Below are positions 1-6,901 of a DNA stretch of 64,000 nt, in pieces. The position numbers and the translations under genes were made by a program. Source of the stretch: Acidobacteriota bacterium (GTDB lineage: Bacteria; Acidobacteriota; Thermoanaerobaculia; Multivoradales; UBA5704); assembly GCA_034666985.1 (NCBI GenBank), contig JAXDKS010000063.1, forward strand, positions 105,226 through 169,225. Direction: 5' to 3'. The notes under the pieces are model-generated. The model saw nothing but the letters and a program-made list of their open reading frames with translations. It was not told the DNA's origin and made no database searches. The first letter of the stretch is position 1. Each line of letters opens with the position of its first letter.

Positions 1-748
1 CCGGTTCCAGCCCGGCGAGAGCGCCCTGCTCGTCCCCCACACCGACGACGGCCGGGTGCTCTTCGCCGTGCCCTGGAACGACCGGGTGGTGGTGGGGACG
101 ACCGACACGCCGGTGACCGGGCCCGCGCTCGAGCCCCGTCCGCTCCCCCAGGAGATCGAGTTCCTCCTCGGCCACGTCCGGCGCTACCTGATCCACGACC
201 CGGGACCGGACGACGTCCTCTCCTGTTTCGCCGGCCTGCGTCCCCTGGTGCGCCGCCGGCAGGCCGCGAAGACCGCCGCCCTCTCCCGCGATCACACCGT
301 GCTCGTCTCCCCCTCGGGGCTGGTCACCGTCGCCGGCGGCAAGTGGACCACCTACCGCCGCATGGGCGAGAACGCCGTCGACGAGGTGGCCCGGGTCGCC
401 GGCCTCGACGAGCGCCCCTGCCGCACCGCGGAGCTCCCCCTCCACGGCCCGGACGCCCCCGAGCTGGCGCGCCTCGCCGCCGAGCGCCCCGGCTGGGACG
501 AGCCCCTTCACCTCAACCTCCCCTACCGCGTCTGCGACGTGGTCCACGCCGTCCGCCAGGAGATGGCCCGCACAGTGGAGGACGTCCTCGCCCGCCGCAC
601 CCGCGCCCTCCTCCTCGACGCCCGCGCCAGCGAGGAGGTCGCCCCCGCCGTCGCCGCCCTGCTCGCCGCCGAGCTGGGGCGGGACGAATCCTGGCAGCGG
701 GAGCAGGTGGCGGCGTACCGGGAGCTGGCGCGGGGGTATCGGCTGTAG
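1..748 (+). CDS. glpD: FAD-dependent glycerol-3-phosphate dehydrogenase, C-terminal part (5' end lies outside the window)
   Basis: The translation contains the GGKWTTYR motif and the C-terminal helical region typical of GlpD/GlpA-family dehydrogenases. The frame is open to the window edge and ends at TAG 746-748. Confidence 0.8.
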   Translation, partial: RFQPGESALLVPHTDDGRVLFAVPWNDRVVVGTTDTPVTGPALEPRPLPQEIEFLLGHVRRYLIHDPGPDDVLSCFAGLRPLVRRRQAAKTAALSRDHTVLVSPSGLVTVAGGKWTTYRRMGENAVDEVARVAGLDERPCRTAELPLHGPDAPELARLAAERPGWDEPLHLNLPYRVCDVVHAVRQEMARTVEDVLARRTRALLLDARASEEVAPAVAALLAAELGRDESWQREQVAAYRELARGYRL

Positions 749-779
749 TTGACACCGAATCAACGGCAGATGGTAGGAT
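749..779 (+). promoter_or_regulatory. Possible sigma70-like promoter: TTGACA (749-754), 19-nt spacer, TAGGAT (774-779)
   Basis: Seen directly upstream of the small ORF at 818. The 19-nt spacer is longer than optimal, so this is weak. Confidence 0.25.
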
Positions 780-817
780 GTTGTCTGTCAAAACGACGGA
801 CCTGCGAGGTTATTGCC

Positions 818-1105
818 ATGGACCAGGAACTGATCTCCTATTTCGAGGATGTGCGCGGTGAGGTCCGGCTGTTGGCCCGGGGACTCATTGAGCTTTACGA
901 AAAGCTGGAATCCTCCCAACTGGGGACCGCGAATGAGCTTGCAACGCTCCAATCGGCGATGCGCCGGTCGTTCGAGGCCGTGGAGAACCGTCTTCAACTT
1001 GTCGAGAACTGGAAAGACAAGACAACCCGAGATGCTATTGCCCTCATCCGCGATAAGTATAAGAGGCCAGCTCAGCCTCCGCCCGGCGATGAATCGCCGA
1101 GCTAA
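818..1105 (+). CDS. Hypothetical small protein (95 aa)
   Basis: ATG at 818 inside ORF 749..1105. Amino-acid composition is protein-like rather than Arg/Pro-rich high-GC frame artefact. No recognisable domain. Confidence 0.45.
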   Translation: MDQELISYFEDVRGEVRLLARGLIELYEKLESSQLGTANELATLQSAMRRSFEAVENRLQLVENWKDKTTRDAIALIRDKYKRPAQPPPGDESPS

Positions 1106-1286
1106 GAACAGCGCCCCCTGAAGGGGGCTTCAAGCCGGATTCATCCGGCGCCGTTCCTAGCCTGGGCATTCATGCCCGGGCGCCCCGACCGGGCGCGCTC
1201 CTTGCACCTCCCGCAGCCGAGACATGCTCCCCGCCGGAGCAGGACGGGCTACAACGGGTATCTACATCGGGAAAAGGAGGCGCATC

Positions 1287-1529
1287 GTGGCGGACATGGC
1301 GGAGATCCGAGTCGAACGCAAACCGAGCAGTGCAGCGCCCTGGATCGTCGGCATCCTCGTGATGACCCTGGTGATCCTCTGGGGCCTGAAGGAGCTCTCC
1401 GTCCATCGCCGGGCGGCCGCGCCACACCGCGGGACGGCGGCGGTGGACACCTTCCGCGATCCCACTCCGCCCCGCCTGCGCCAGTTCGCCCAGGCGACCG
1501 CCGGGGCCGTGGAGTCGCGGGCGGCCTGA
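1287..1529 (+). CDS. Small single-TM membrane protein, hypothetical
   Basis: RBS AAAAGGAGG at 1272-1280 with GTG at 1287 (an in-frame ATG at 1296 is an alternative start). Hydrophobic segment WIVGILVMTLVILWGL. Confidence 0.4.
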   Translation: MADMAEIRVERKPSSAAPWIVGILVMTLVILWGLKELSVHRRAAAPHRGTAAVDTFRDPTPPRLRQFAQATAGAVESRAA

Positions 1530-1545
1530 TCGGGGGACCCACTCC

Positions 1546-2064
1546 ATGGCGAACGCACCACACCCTCCGGGTCCCCTGCGCCCCGTTTCGAACCGCCTGC
1601 GCGGCTGGACCGTTGTCGGCGCCGACGGCGAGAAAATCGGCACCGTCCACGAGCAGCTCGCCGATCCCGACGGCGCCGCCTGGCTGGACGTGGAGTTGGA
1701 CGGGACGGCCCTGGCCCAGGACCTGGAAGCCGGCGGCCGCGGCCAAGGCTCGCGGATCACCGCCGGCGCCTACCCCGCCGATCCCAACCGGCCGGGCGCC
1801 CGCCCCCTGGCCGACGCCGAGCCCACGGTGGGCGAGTCGAGCCGCACGGCCTTCCTCAACACCGGCTCGCGCCAGCACGCGGAGGAGGCCACCGGCTCCG
1901 TCCCCCGCGACGACGACCGCCAGGGAGGCTCCGGCCGCCTGGAGCACCCCCGCGTCCTGATCCCCCTCGACGCCACCCTTCTCAAAGAGAAGGACGAGCA
2001 GGTGGTCCTCGAGACCCTGCGGGCGGTGGATCTGGCGGCCTTGCCGACGTACGCGCCGGCGTAG
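1546..2064 (+). CDS. PRC-barrel domain protein
   Basis: ATG at 1546. N-terminal LRGWTVVGADGEKIGTVHE resembles PRC-barrel domains, followed by a low-complexity C-terminal tail. Confidence 0.65.
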   Translation: MANAPHPPGPLRPVSNRLRGWTVVGADGEKIGTVHEQLADPDGAAWLDVELDGTALAQDLEAGGRGQGSRITAGAYPADPNRPGARPLADAEPTVGESSRTAFLNTGSRQHAEEATGSVPRDDDRQGGSGRLEHPRVLIPLDATLLKEKDEQVVLETLRAVDLAALPTYAPA

Positions 2065-2078
2065 CCCTCCCCCCCTGT

Positions 2079-2119
2079 CCCCCTCTCCCACCCCTCCTGC
2101 TCCCCACCGGGAGAGGGGG
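2079..2119 (+). terminator. GC-rich hairpin (11-bp stem CCCCCTCTCCC/GGGAGAGGGGG, 19-nt loop) after the PRC-barrel gene; possible terminator with a weak U-tract
   Basis: Perfect inverted repeat read directly from the sequence, lying 15 nt after the stop at 2062-2064. Confidence 0.35.
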
Positions 2120-2306
2120 GCCTGTGGATTTCGCCGTAGCAATATGCTAAAAACTTCGTCAACTTCCGACGTCGATGGCCAGGCACGACGGGGAGGCGTC
2201 TGTCCGAACAGGCGCTTGCCGGCTTGGGAAACCCTCCGGGGGAGGTGTCCCGGGGTGCCTGGACGCGGACCGCCGGTCTCATTCAGACCTCGTGATTGGA
2301 GTGCCC

Positions 2307-2660
2307 GTGGAGCAAGAGCTACCGATCATCCAGATCCGCAACTGCCTGCTGGTGAGCATCCAGACCGAGCTGCACGACCGGTTGGCCCTGGACCTCCAGG
2401 CCTCGCTGATGGAGCGGGTCCGCGTCGTCAACGCCCGCGGCGTCATCCTGGACGTCTCGGCCGTGGAGGTCATCGACAGCTACATCACCCGCATCCTCAA
2501 CGACATCGGCAAGTCGGTGCGCTTCATGGGCGCCGAGTGCTACATCGTCGGCATCCGGCCGGCGGTGGCCATGACCCTGATCGAGATGGGGGTCGAGCTC
2601 GACTCGGTCCACACCGCCCTCAGCCTCGACCTGGCCCTGGAGAGGCTCGAGCTCCTGTGA
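2307..2660 (+). CDS. rsbS: RsbS-like STAS-domain stressosome scaffold / antagonist protein
   Basis: LPIIQIRNCLLVSIQTELHD...VILDVSAVEVIDSYITRIL...GAECYIVGIRPAVAMTLIEMG aligns along its length with B. subtilis RsbS. GTG at 2307 lies 6 nt after GGAG; GTG at 2292 or 2301 are alternative starts. Confidence 0.85.
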   Translation: MEQELPIIQIRNCLLVSIQTELHDRLALDLQASLMERVRVVNARGVILDVSAVEVIDSYITRILNDIGKSVRFMGAECYIVGIRPAVAMTLIEMGVELDSVHTALSLDLALERLELL

Positions 2661-3349
2661 AGACCGTCGAGAAAGAGATCGGGGCGATCCTCGCGGGGAC
2701 GATCTCGTCGATCACCCAGCGGAGCATCTTCAACCGTCTGGGCGGTCTCGCCACGACGCCGATCCACCAGCTCACCGCGGCCGACCGGGCGACCATCCTG
2801 TCCGAGCTCGAGAACTCGGTGCGCCTGTTCGCCCGCAGCAACAGCGCGCAGCTCATCGCCGCCATCGCCAAGGCCCTGAGCGCCGAGGGGGGCGCGCCGG
2901 GTCTGGGGAGCGCGGTGGGCGTCGGCGCCGCGCCCATGCCGGCGCCCAAGAAGCTCCCCATCGAGCAGGAGAAGGACATCGCGACCGCGCGCCTGGAGGC
3001 GTGGAGCGAGGCGGTGCGCATCGGCCTCTCCAAGTTCGCCTCGGTGAAGGTGGCGACGGCGGTCTCCGAGCTCGCCCGCAACATCATCTTCTATGCCGTC
3101 AAGGGCACCGTCGAGCTGCGCTCCCTCAAGGATGAGCGTGGCATCGTCGGACTGCAGATCATCGCCTCCGACAACGGCCCCGGCATCCCTCCGGCCAAGC
3201 TCGAGGAGATCTGGGCCGGCACCTACAAATCGCAGCGCGGCATGGGCAAGGGGCTGGTAGCGGTCAAGAAGCTGGTGGACGAGTTCCAGCTCGACACCCG
3301 GACCGGAGTGGGGACCACCGTGACCTGCATCTTCCGGGGGGAACGTTGA
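2657..3349 (+). CDS. RsbT-like switch serine kinase (GHKL/HATPase_c) with a ~93-aa N-terminal extension
   Basis: The C-terminal 137 aa (ATAVSELARNIIFYAVKGTVELRSL...IIASDNGPGIP...GMGKGLVAVKKL) align with RsbT. The GTG at 2657 overlaps the rsbS stop (GTGA). The upstream 279 nt are open, GC3-rich and protein-like. An internal ATG at 2936 would give a canonical-length RsbT. Confidence 0.8.
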   Translation: MKTVEKEIGAILAGTISSITQRSIFNRLGGLATTPIHQLTAADRATILSELENSVRLFARSNSAQLIAAIAKALSAEGGAPGLGSAVGVGAAPMPAPKKLPIEQEKDIATARLEAWSEAVRIGLSKFASVKVATAVSELARNIIFYAVKGTVELRSLKDERGIVGLQIIASDNGPGIPPAKLEEIWAGTYKSQRGMGKGLVAVKKLVDEFQLDTRTGVGTTVTCIFRGER

Positions 3350-3981
3350 AAACCGGTGGTTTCAGCCGTCCGTACAAGGGGCTGTCGATCTGTGGCGACA
3401 GCTTCGTCATCGAGGAGCGCGACGGGACCCTGCTCGCCGCCGTGGTCGACGGGCTCGGCCATGGCTACGAGTCGTCGGTGGCCGCCGAGCGGGCCTCGGA
3501 AGTCATCCGCGAGCTCGCCGATCAGTCGGTGGACGCCATCCTGCGGCGCTGCCATCAGGAGCTGCGCGTCACCCGCGGCGCCGCCGTCGGCCTGCTCAAA
3601 GTGGCCGCGGGGGGCGAGGGCGAGTTCTGTGGCATCGGCAACATCGAGGTGCAGGCGCTCAACGGCCAGGCGCCCAGCGTCTTCTGCCTCGCCGGCATCG
3701 TGGGGCACAACATGCGCTCCTCCAAGGTGATGAGCGTGACCATGAAGCCGGGCGACATCTACTGTCTGATGAGCGACGGCGTCTCGATCCGGGGCAACCT
3801 GAAGTCGTGCCTGCCAGGACCGCCCGAGACGGTGGCGCGGCGCATCGTCGAGCACTGGGGACGGGACCACGACGACGCCACCGCCGTCGTCGTCGGCTTC
3901 GGCGAGGCGGAGCTGCTCGCCGATCCGTCCAATGGCCGGCCGTGGGTGGCGGCCCCGGTGACCGCGAACCGAGGGAAATGA
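3346..3981 (+). CDS. rsbX: RsbX-like PP2C (PPM/SpoIIE-family) serine phosphatase
   Basis: SICGDSFVIEERDGTLLAAVVDGLGHG matches the RsbX N-terminus, with a PPM-like remainder. The TTG start at 3346 overlaps the upstream stop (TTGA). Confidence 0.8.
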   Translation: MKTGGFSRPYKGLSICGDSFVIEERDGTLLAAVVDGLGHGYESSVAAERASEVIRELADQSVDAILRRCHQELRVTRGAAVGLLKVAAGGEGEFCGIGNIEVQALNGQAPSVFCLAGIVGHNMRSSKVMSVTMKPGDIYCLMSDGVSIRGNLKSCLPGPPETVARRIVEHWGRDHDDATAVVVGFGEAELLADPSNGRPWVAAPVTANRGK

Positions 3982-4028
3982 AGCGAAGTGAAGCAATGAA
4001 GCTTTCTTTCTACTGACTGGAGGGTCTC

Positions 4029-4463
4029 ATGGCGATCGCGGATGAAAGGATCAACACGGCCGACCTGATCTCCGGCAAGCACGTCACCTACTTCGAGGAG
4101 CCGGACATCATCTACATGCGCTTCGGCGGGAGCGCCACCACCGAGGACTCCCTGGAGCTGCTGCGGCGCCAGATTGACATGTCCAAGGGCAAGAGCCTCC
4201 TGTTCTTCCTCATCGACGCCGAGAAGCTCGACAACATCGCTCCCGAAGGGCGCAAGGCCGTGGCCGAGACCCTGAAGGAGATCCCGCTGCGCGGCATGGC
4301 CGTCATCAAGGCGCCGCTCAAGGCCAAGGTGGTCACCAAGCTGGTGATCACCGCGATCAACCTGTTCCGCCGGGACGCGAACCTGAATCCCATCGCGTTC
4401 TTCGACACCGAGGAGGAGGGCCGTCAATGGATCGCCTCCCGGCGCCTGATGTTTGCGAAATGA
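4029..4463 (+). CDS. SpoIIAA-like / STAS-like (DUF3478-type) small protein
   Basis: RBS GGAGGG lies 6 nt before ATG 4029. The architecture ...LLFFLIDAEKLDNIAPEGRKA...GMAVIKAPLKAKVVTK...FFDTEEEGRQWI resembles SpoIIAA-like proteins. This call is from memory of the family and not confirmed. Confidence 0.5.
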   Translation: MAIADERINTADLISGKHVTYFEEPDIIYMRFGGSATTEDSLELLRRQIDMSKGKSLLFFLIDAEKLDNIAPEGRKAVAETLKEIPLRGMAVIKAPLKAKVVTKLVITAINLFRRDANLNPIAFFDTEEEGRQWIASRRLMFAK

Positions 4464-4501
4464 CCGTTTGCGAAATGATGACCTGCGAATAGAGAAAGGG
4501 T

Positions 4502-5221
4502 ATGGCGAGGAAAAAAGGTATGGATCAGACCGAAGTGCCCCACGTCAGTGTCGCCTCCGAGCGTCTGCAGTTGGTGATCGAGGCGCTCTCCTACGCAAGT
4601 GTCGACGAATTCGACTCCTGCCTCGCCCTGCTGCAGCGCTCCACCGAGAGGGACGAATTCTCCGAGTTGGAGACGGCCTTCTCCATCTTCGTCCGCGAGC
4701 TCGGCGAGGCCAAGAACGAGCTCAACCGCGCGCTCACCCAGCAGGAGGCCGCCAACCGCGAGCTGGAGGCCAAGCTCGAGACCATCGAGATGCAGCAGGC
4801 CGCCATCCGCGAGCTCTCCACTCCCATCATCGAAGTCTGGGCCGGCGTCCTCTGCCTGCCCGTGGTGGGCGTCGTGGACAGCCAGCGCAGCGCCGAAATG
4901 ACCGAGACGCTGCTCGAGACCATCGTCGCCAAGCAGGCCCGCATGGCCATCGTGGACATCACCGGCATCGACGTGATGGACACCAAGACCGCGGACCACT
5001 TCATCAAGATGGCCCGCGCCGTCCGCCTGCTGGGCGCCGAGTGCATCGTCAGCGGCATCAACCCGGGGATCGCGCAGACCCTCACCCACATCGGCGTCGA
5101 CCTCACGGGCGTGCGCACCTTGCGCAGTCTGCGCGACGCTCTGCAGCTCTACCTGCGGGAGACCGAGCAACTCGTGGTGCAGCAGAAATCGCACTTCGCC
5201 CGCCGGGAGAGTGAGATCTAA
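4502..5221 (+). CDS. rsbR: RsbR-like stressosome sensor: non-globin N-terminal domain, coiled coil, then STAS domain
   Basis: The C-terminal STPIIEVWAGVLCLPVVGVVDSQRSAEMTETLLETIVAKQARMAIVDITGIDVMDTKTADHFIKMARAVRLLGAECIVSGINPGIAQTL is a canonical RsbR STAS domain. It follows a heptad-rich linker. Confidence 0.8.
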   Translation: MARKKGMDQTEVPHVSVASERLQLVIEALSYASVDEFDSCLALLQRSTERDEFSELETAFSIFVRELGEAKNELNRALTQQEAANRELEAKLETIEMQQAAIRELSTPIIEVWAGVLCLPVVGVVDSQRSAEMTETLLETIVAKQARMAIVDITGIDVMDTKTADHFIKMARAVRLLGAECIVSGINPGIAQTLTHIGVDLTGVRTLRSLRDALQLYLRETEQLVVQQKSHFARRESEI

Positions 5222-5262
5222 CGGGTGCTGCGGGAGCCTTCCGGAACGCAGAGGCCGGCCGG

Positions 5263-5691
5263 TTGAGCAGGAAGGCGTTCCCCATCCGGGGACGTAGCGA
5301 GGTCGTGACGGTGAGCAGTCATGCCGGCCGGATGGCCCGGGAGCTCGGCCTGGACGCCCGCCGCTCCATGGAGCTGGCGATCGTCGTCTCGGAGCTGGCC
5401 TCGAACATCGTCAAGCACGGGATCCGGGGAGAGATCGTGCTGACCTTCGATCCCGATTCGCCCCAGGGCGAGATCACCGTCGAAGCCAACGACGTCGGCC
5501 CCCCGATCCGCGACCTCCAGCTCGCCATGATCGACGGCAACGACGATCAGGGTCCCATCGATCCCGCCCTCATCCTGCGCCGCGGCGGCCTGGGCACCGG
5601 CCTCGGCGCCGTGGCCCGCCTCGCCGACCGCATCGAGTACCGCGAGGTCGAGGGGGGGAAGACGATCACGGCGCGGTTCTACCGGAAGTAG
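5263..5691 (+). CDS. rsbT: RsbT-like switch serine kinase, canonical length (142 aa); second paralog
   Basis: AFPIRGRSEVVTVSSHAGRMARELGLDARRSMELAIVVSELASNIVKHG aligns residue-for-residue with the B. subtilis RsbT N-terminus, followed by a GHKL fold. The start at 5263 is TTG. Confidence 0.8.
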   Translation: MSRKAFPIRGRSEVVTVSSHAGRMARELGLDARRSMELAIVVSELASNIVKHGIRGEIVLTFDPDSPQGEITVEANDVGPPIRDLQLAMIDGNDDQGPIDPALILRRGGLGTGLGAVARLADRIEYREVEGGKTITARFYRK

Positions 5692-5710
5692 GTATACTCG
5701 CCGCACCCCA

Positions 5711-6880
5711 ATGCGAGCGAAACGTCTGGCCATCCTCCTCCTGGTCGCCGTCGCCGGCCTGGCGCTGGCCGAGGGGGCGGTGCGGATCTTCTGGCCGCAG
5801 CCGGCCTTCTATGCTTCCCCCGGGCTGTTCGTCGACGACCCCAAGGTCGGGCACCGCATGCGGCCGGGCCTGCGGGGGGAGGTGGGCAACTGGGCCGAGT
5901 TCACGACCCAGGTGCGGATCAACCGGCTCGGGATCCGCGGTCCCGAGATCGGTCCGCGCCGGCCCGGCGTGCGGCGCGTGCTCGTGCTGGGCGACTCCTT
6001 CACCTTCGGTACCGGAGTCGAGGAGGAGGAGGCCTTCCCCGCGCGGCTCGCGGCCGAGCTCACCCGCGCCGGCATCCCCGCCGAAGGGATCAACGCCGGG
6101 ATGGGCGCCTACGGCGTGCCCGACGAGGTGGCCTGGTTCGAAAATTATGGGCGGCAGCTCCACCCCGACCTGATCCTCCTCGGCATCTTCACCGGCAACG
6201 ACCTGCAGGACGCCGCTCCGGACCATCCGCCGATCTACGTGGTCCACGGCGACATCGTGGACGAGGCCGAGCGGCACCGCTCGTCCACCGGCCACTGGCT
6301 CTTCCAGCACTCCCAGCTCTTCGCCCTGCTCAAGTACTCGCTGCCCAACCCGGTGGACCGCGCCCTGCGCCGGGCGCTCCACCTGCCGGAGCCTGGAGCC
6401 ATCCGTTACCTGCGGGAGGAGATGGCCCTCTACGATCCACGGAGCCGGCCGGCGGCGGAGGCGAGCGGAGGCGCCGCTTCGGAGGCGGCGATCCGCCATC
6501 TCCTCGATCTCACCCGCGCCGACCACACCCGCGTCGCCGCCCTGCTCCTCCCCTCCGCTCTCCAGGCGGACGACCGCGTCTGGAATCGCACGCTGCACCA
6601 GCTTCACCTCGCGCCGACGCAGGTCGACCGCATGCTGCCGAACGAGATCTTCTCGGCGGCGCTCGCGCGCTGCGGCGTGCCGGCCCTCGACCTCACTCCG
6701 GACCTCGCGGCGGCGATCCGCCAGGGCGAGGTGGACTTCTTCCCCAAGGACCAGCACTTCACCGCGGCCGGGCACCGCCGCATCGCCAGGGATGCCGCCG
6801 GGTTCCTGCGCGCCCGGGGGCTCCTGGTTGAACCTGCCGCGGCGCCCCGGATACACTCCGCAGCCGCCGGCGCCCTCTGA
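5711..6880 (+). CDS. SGNH/GDSL-family hydrolase (esterase / O-acetyl-modifying enzyme) with N-terminal signal/TM
   Basis: VLVLGDSFTFG serine block with later GxND and DxxH-like motifs, and an N-terminal hydrophobic segment. ATG at 5711. Confidence 0.7.
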   Translation: MRAKRLAILLLVAVAGLALAEGAVRIFWPQPAFYASPGLFVDDPKVGHRMRPGLRGEVGNWAEFTTQVRINRLGIRGPEIGPRRPGVRRVLVLGDSFTFGTGVEEEEAFPARLAAELTRAGIPAEGINAGMGAYGVPDEVAWFENYGRQLHPDLILLGIFTGNDLQDAAPDHPPIYVVHGDIVDEAERHRSSTGHWLFQHSQLFALLKYSLPNPVDRALRRALHLPEPGAIRYLREEMALYDPRSRPAAEASGGAASEAAIRHLLDLTRADHTRVAALLLPSALQADDRVWNRTLHQLHLAPTQVDRMLPNEIFSAALARCGVPALDLTPDLAAAIRQGEVDFFPKDQHFTAAGHRRIARDAAGFLRARGLLVEPAAAPRIHSAAAGAL

Positions 6881-6901
6881 AGAAGGCTCGCGTTTCTCCT
6901 C

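Noticed and set aside
2936-3349. Alternative canonical-length start (ATG 2936) for the first RsbT-like gene
   Set aside because: Not excluded. The upstream 279 nt show coding-like GC3 bias and a GTG overlapping the rsbS stop, so the longer model is preferred pending proteomic evidence.
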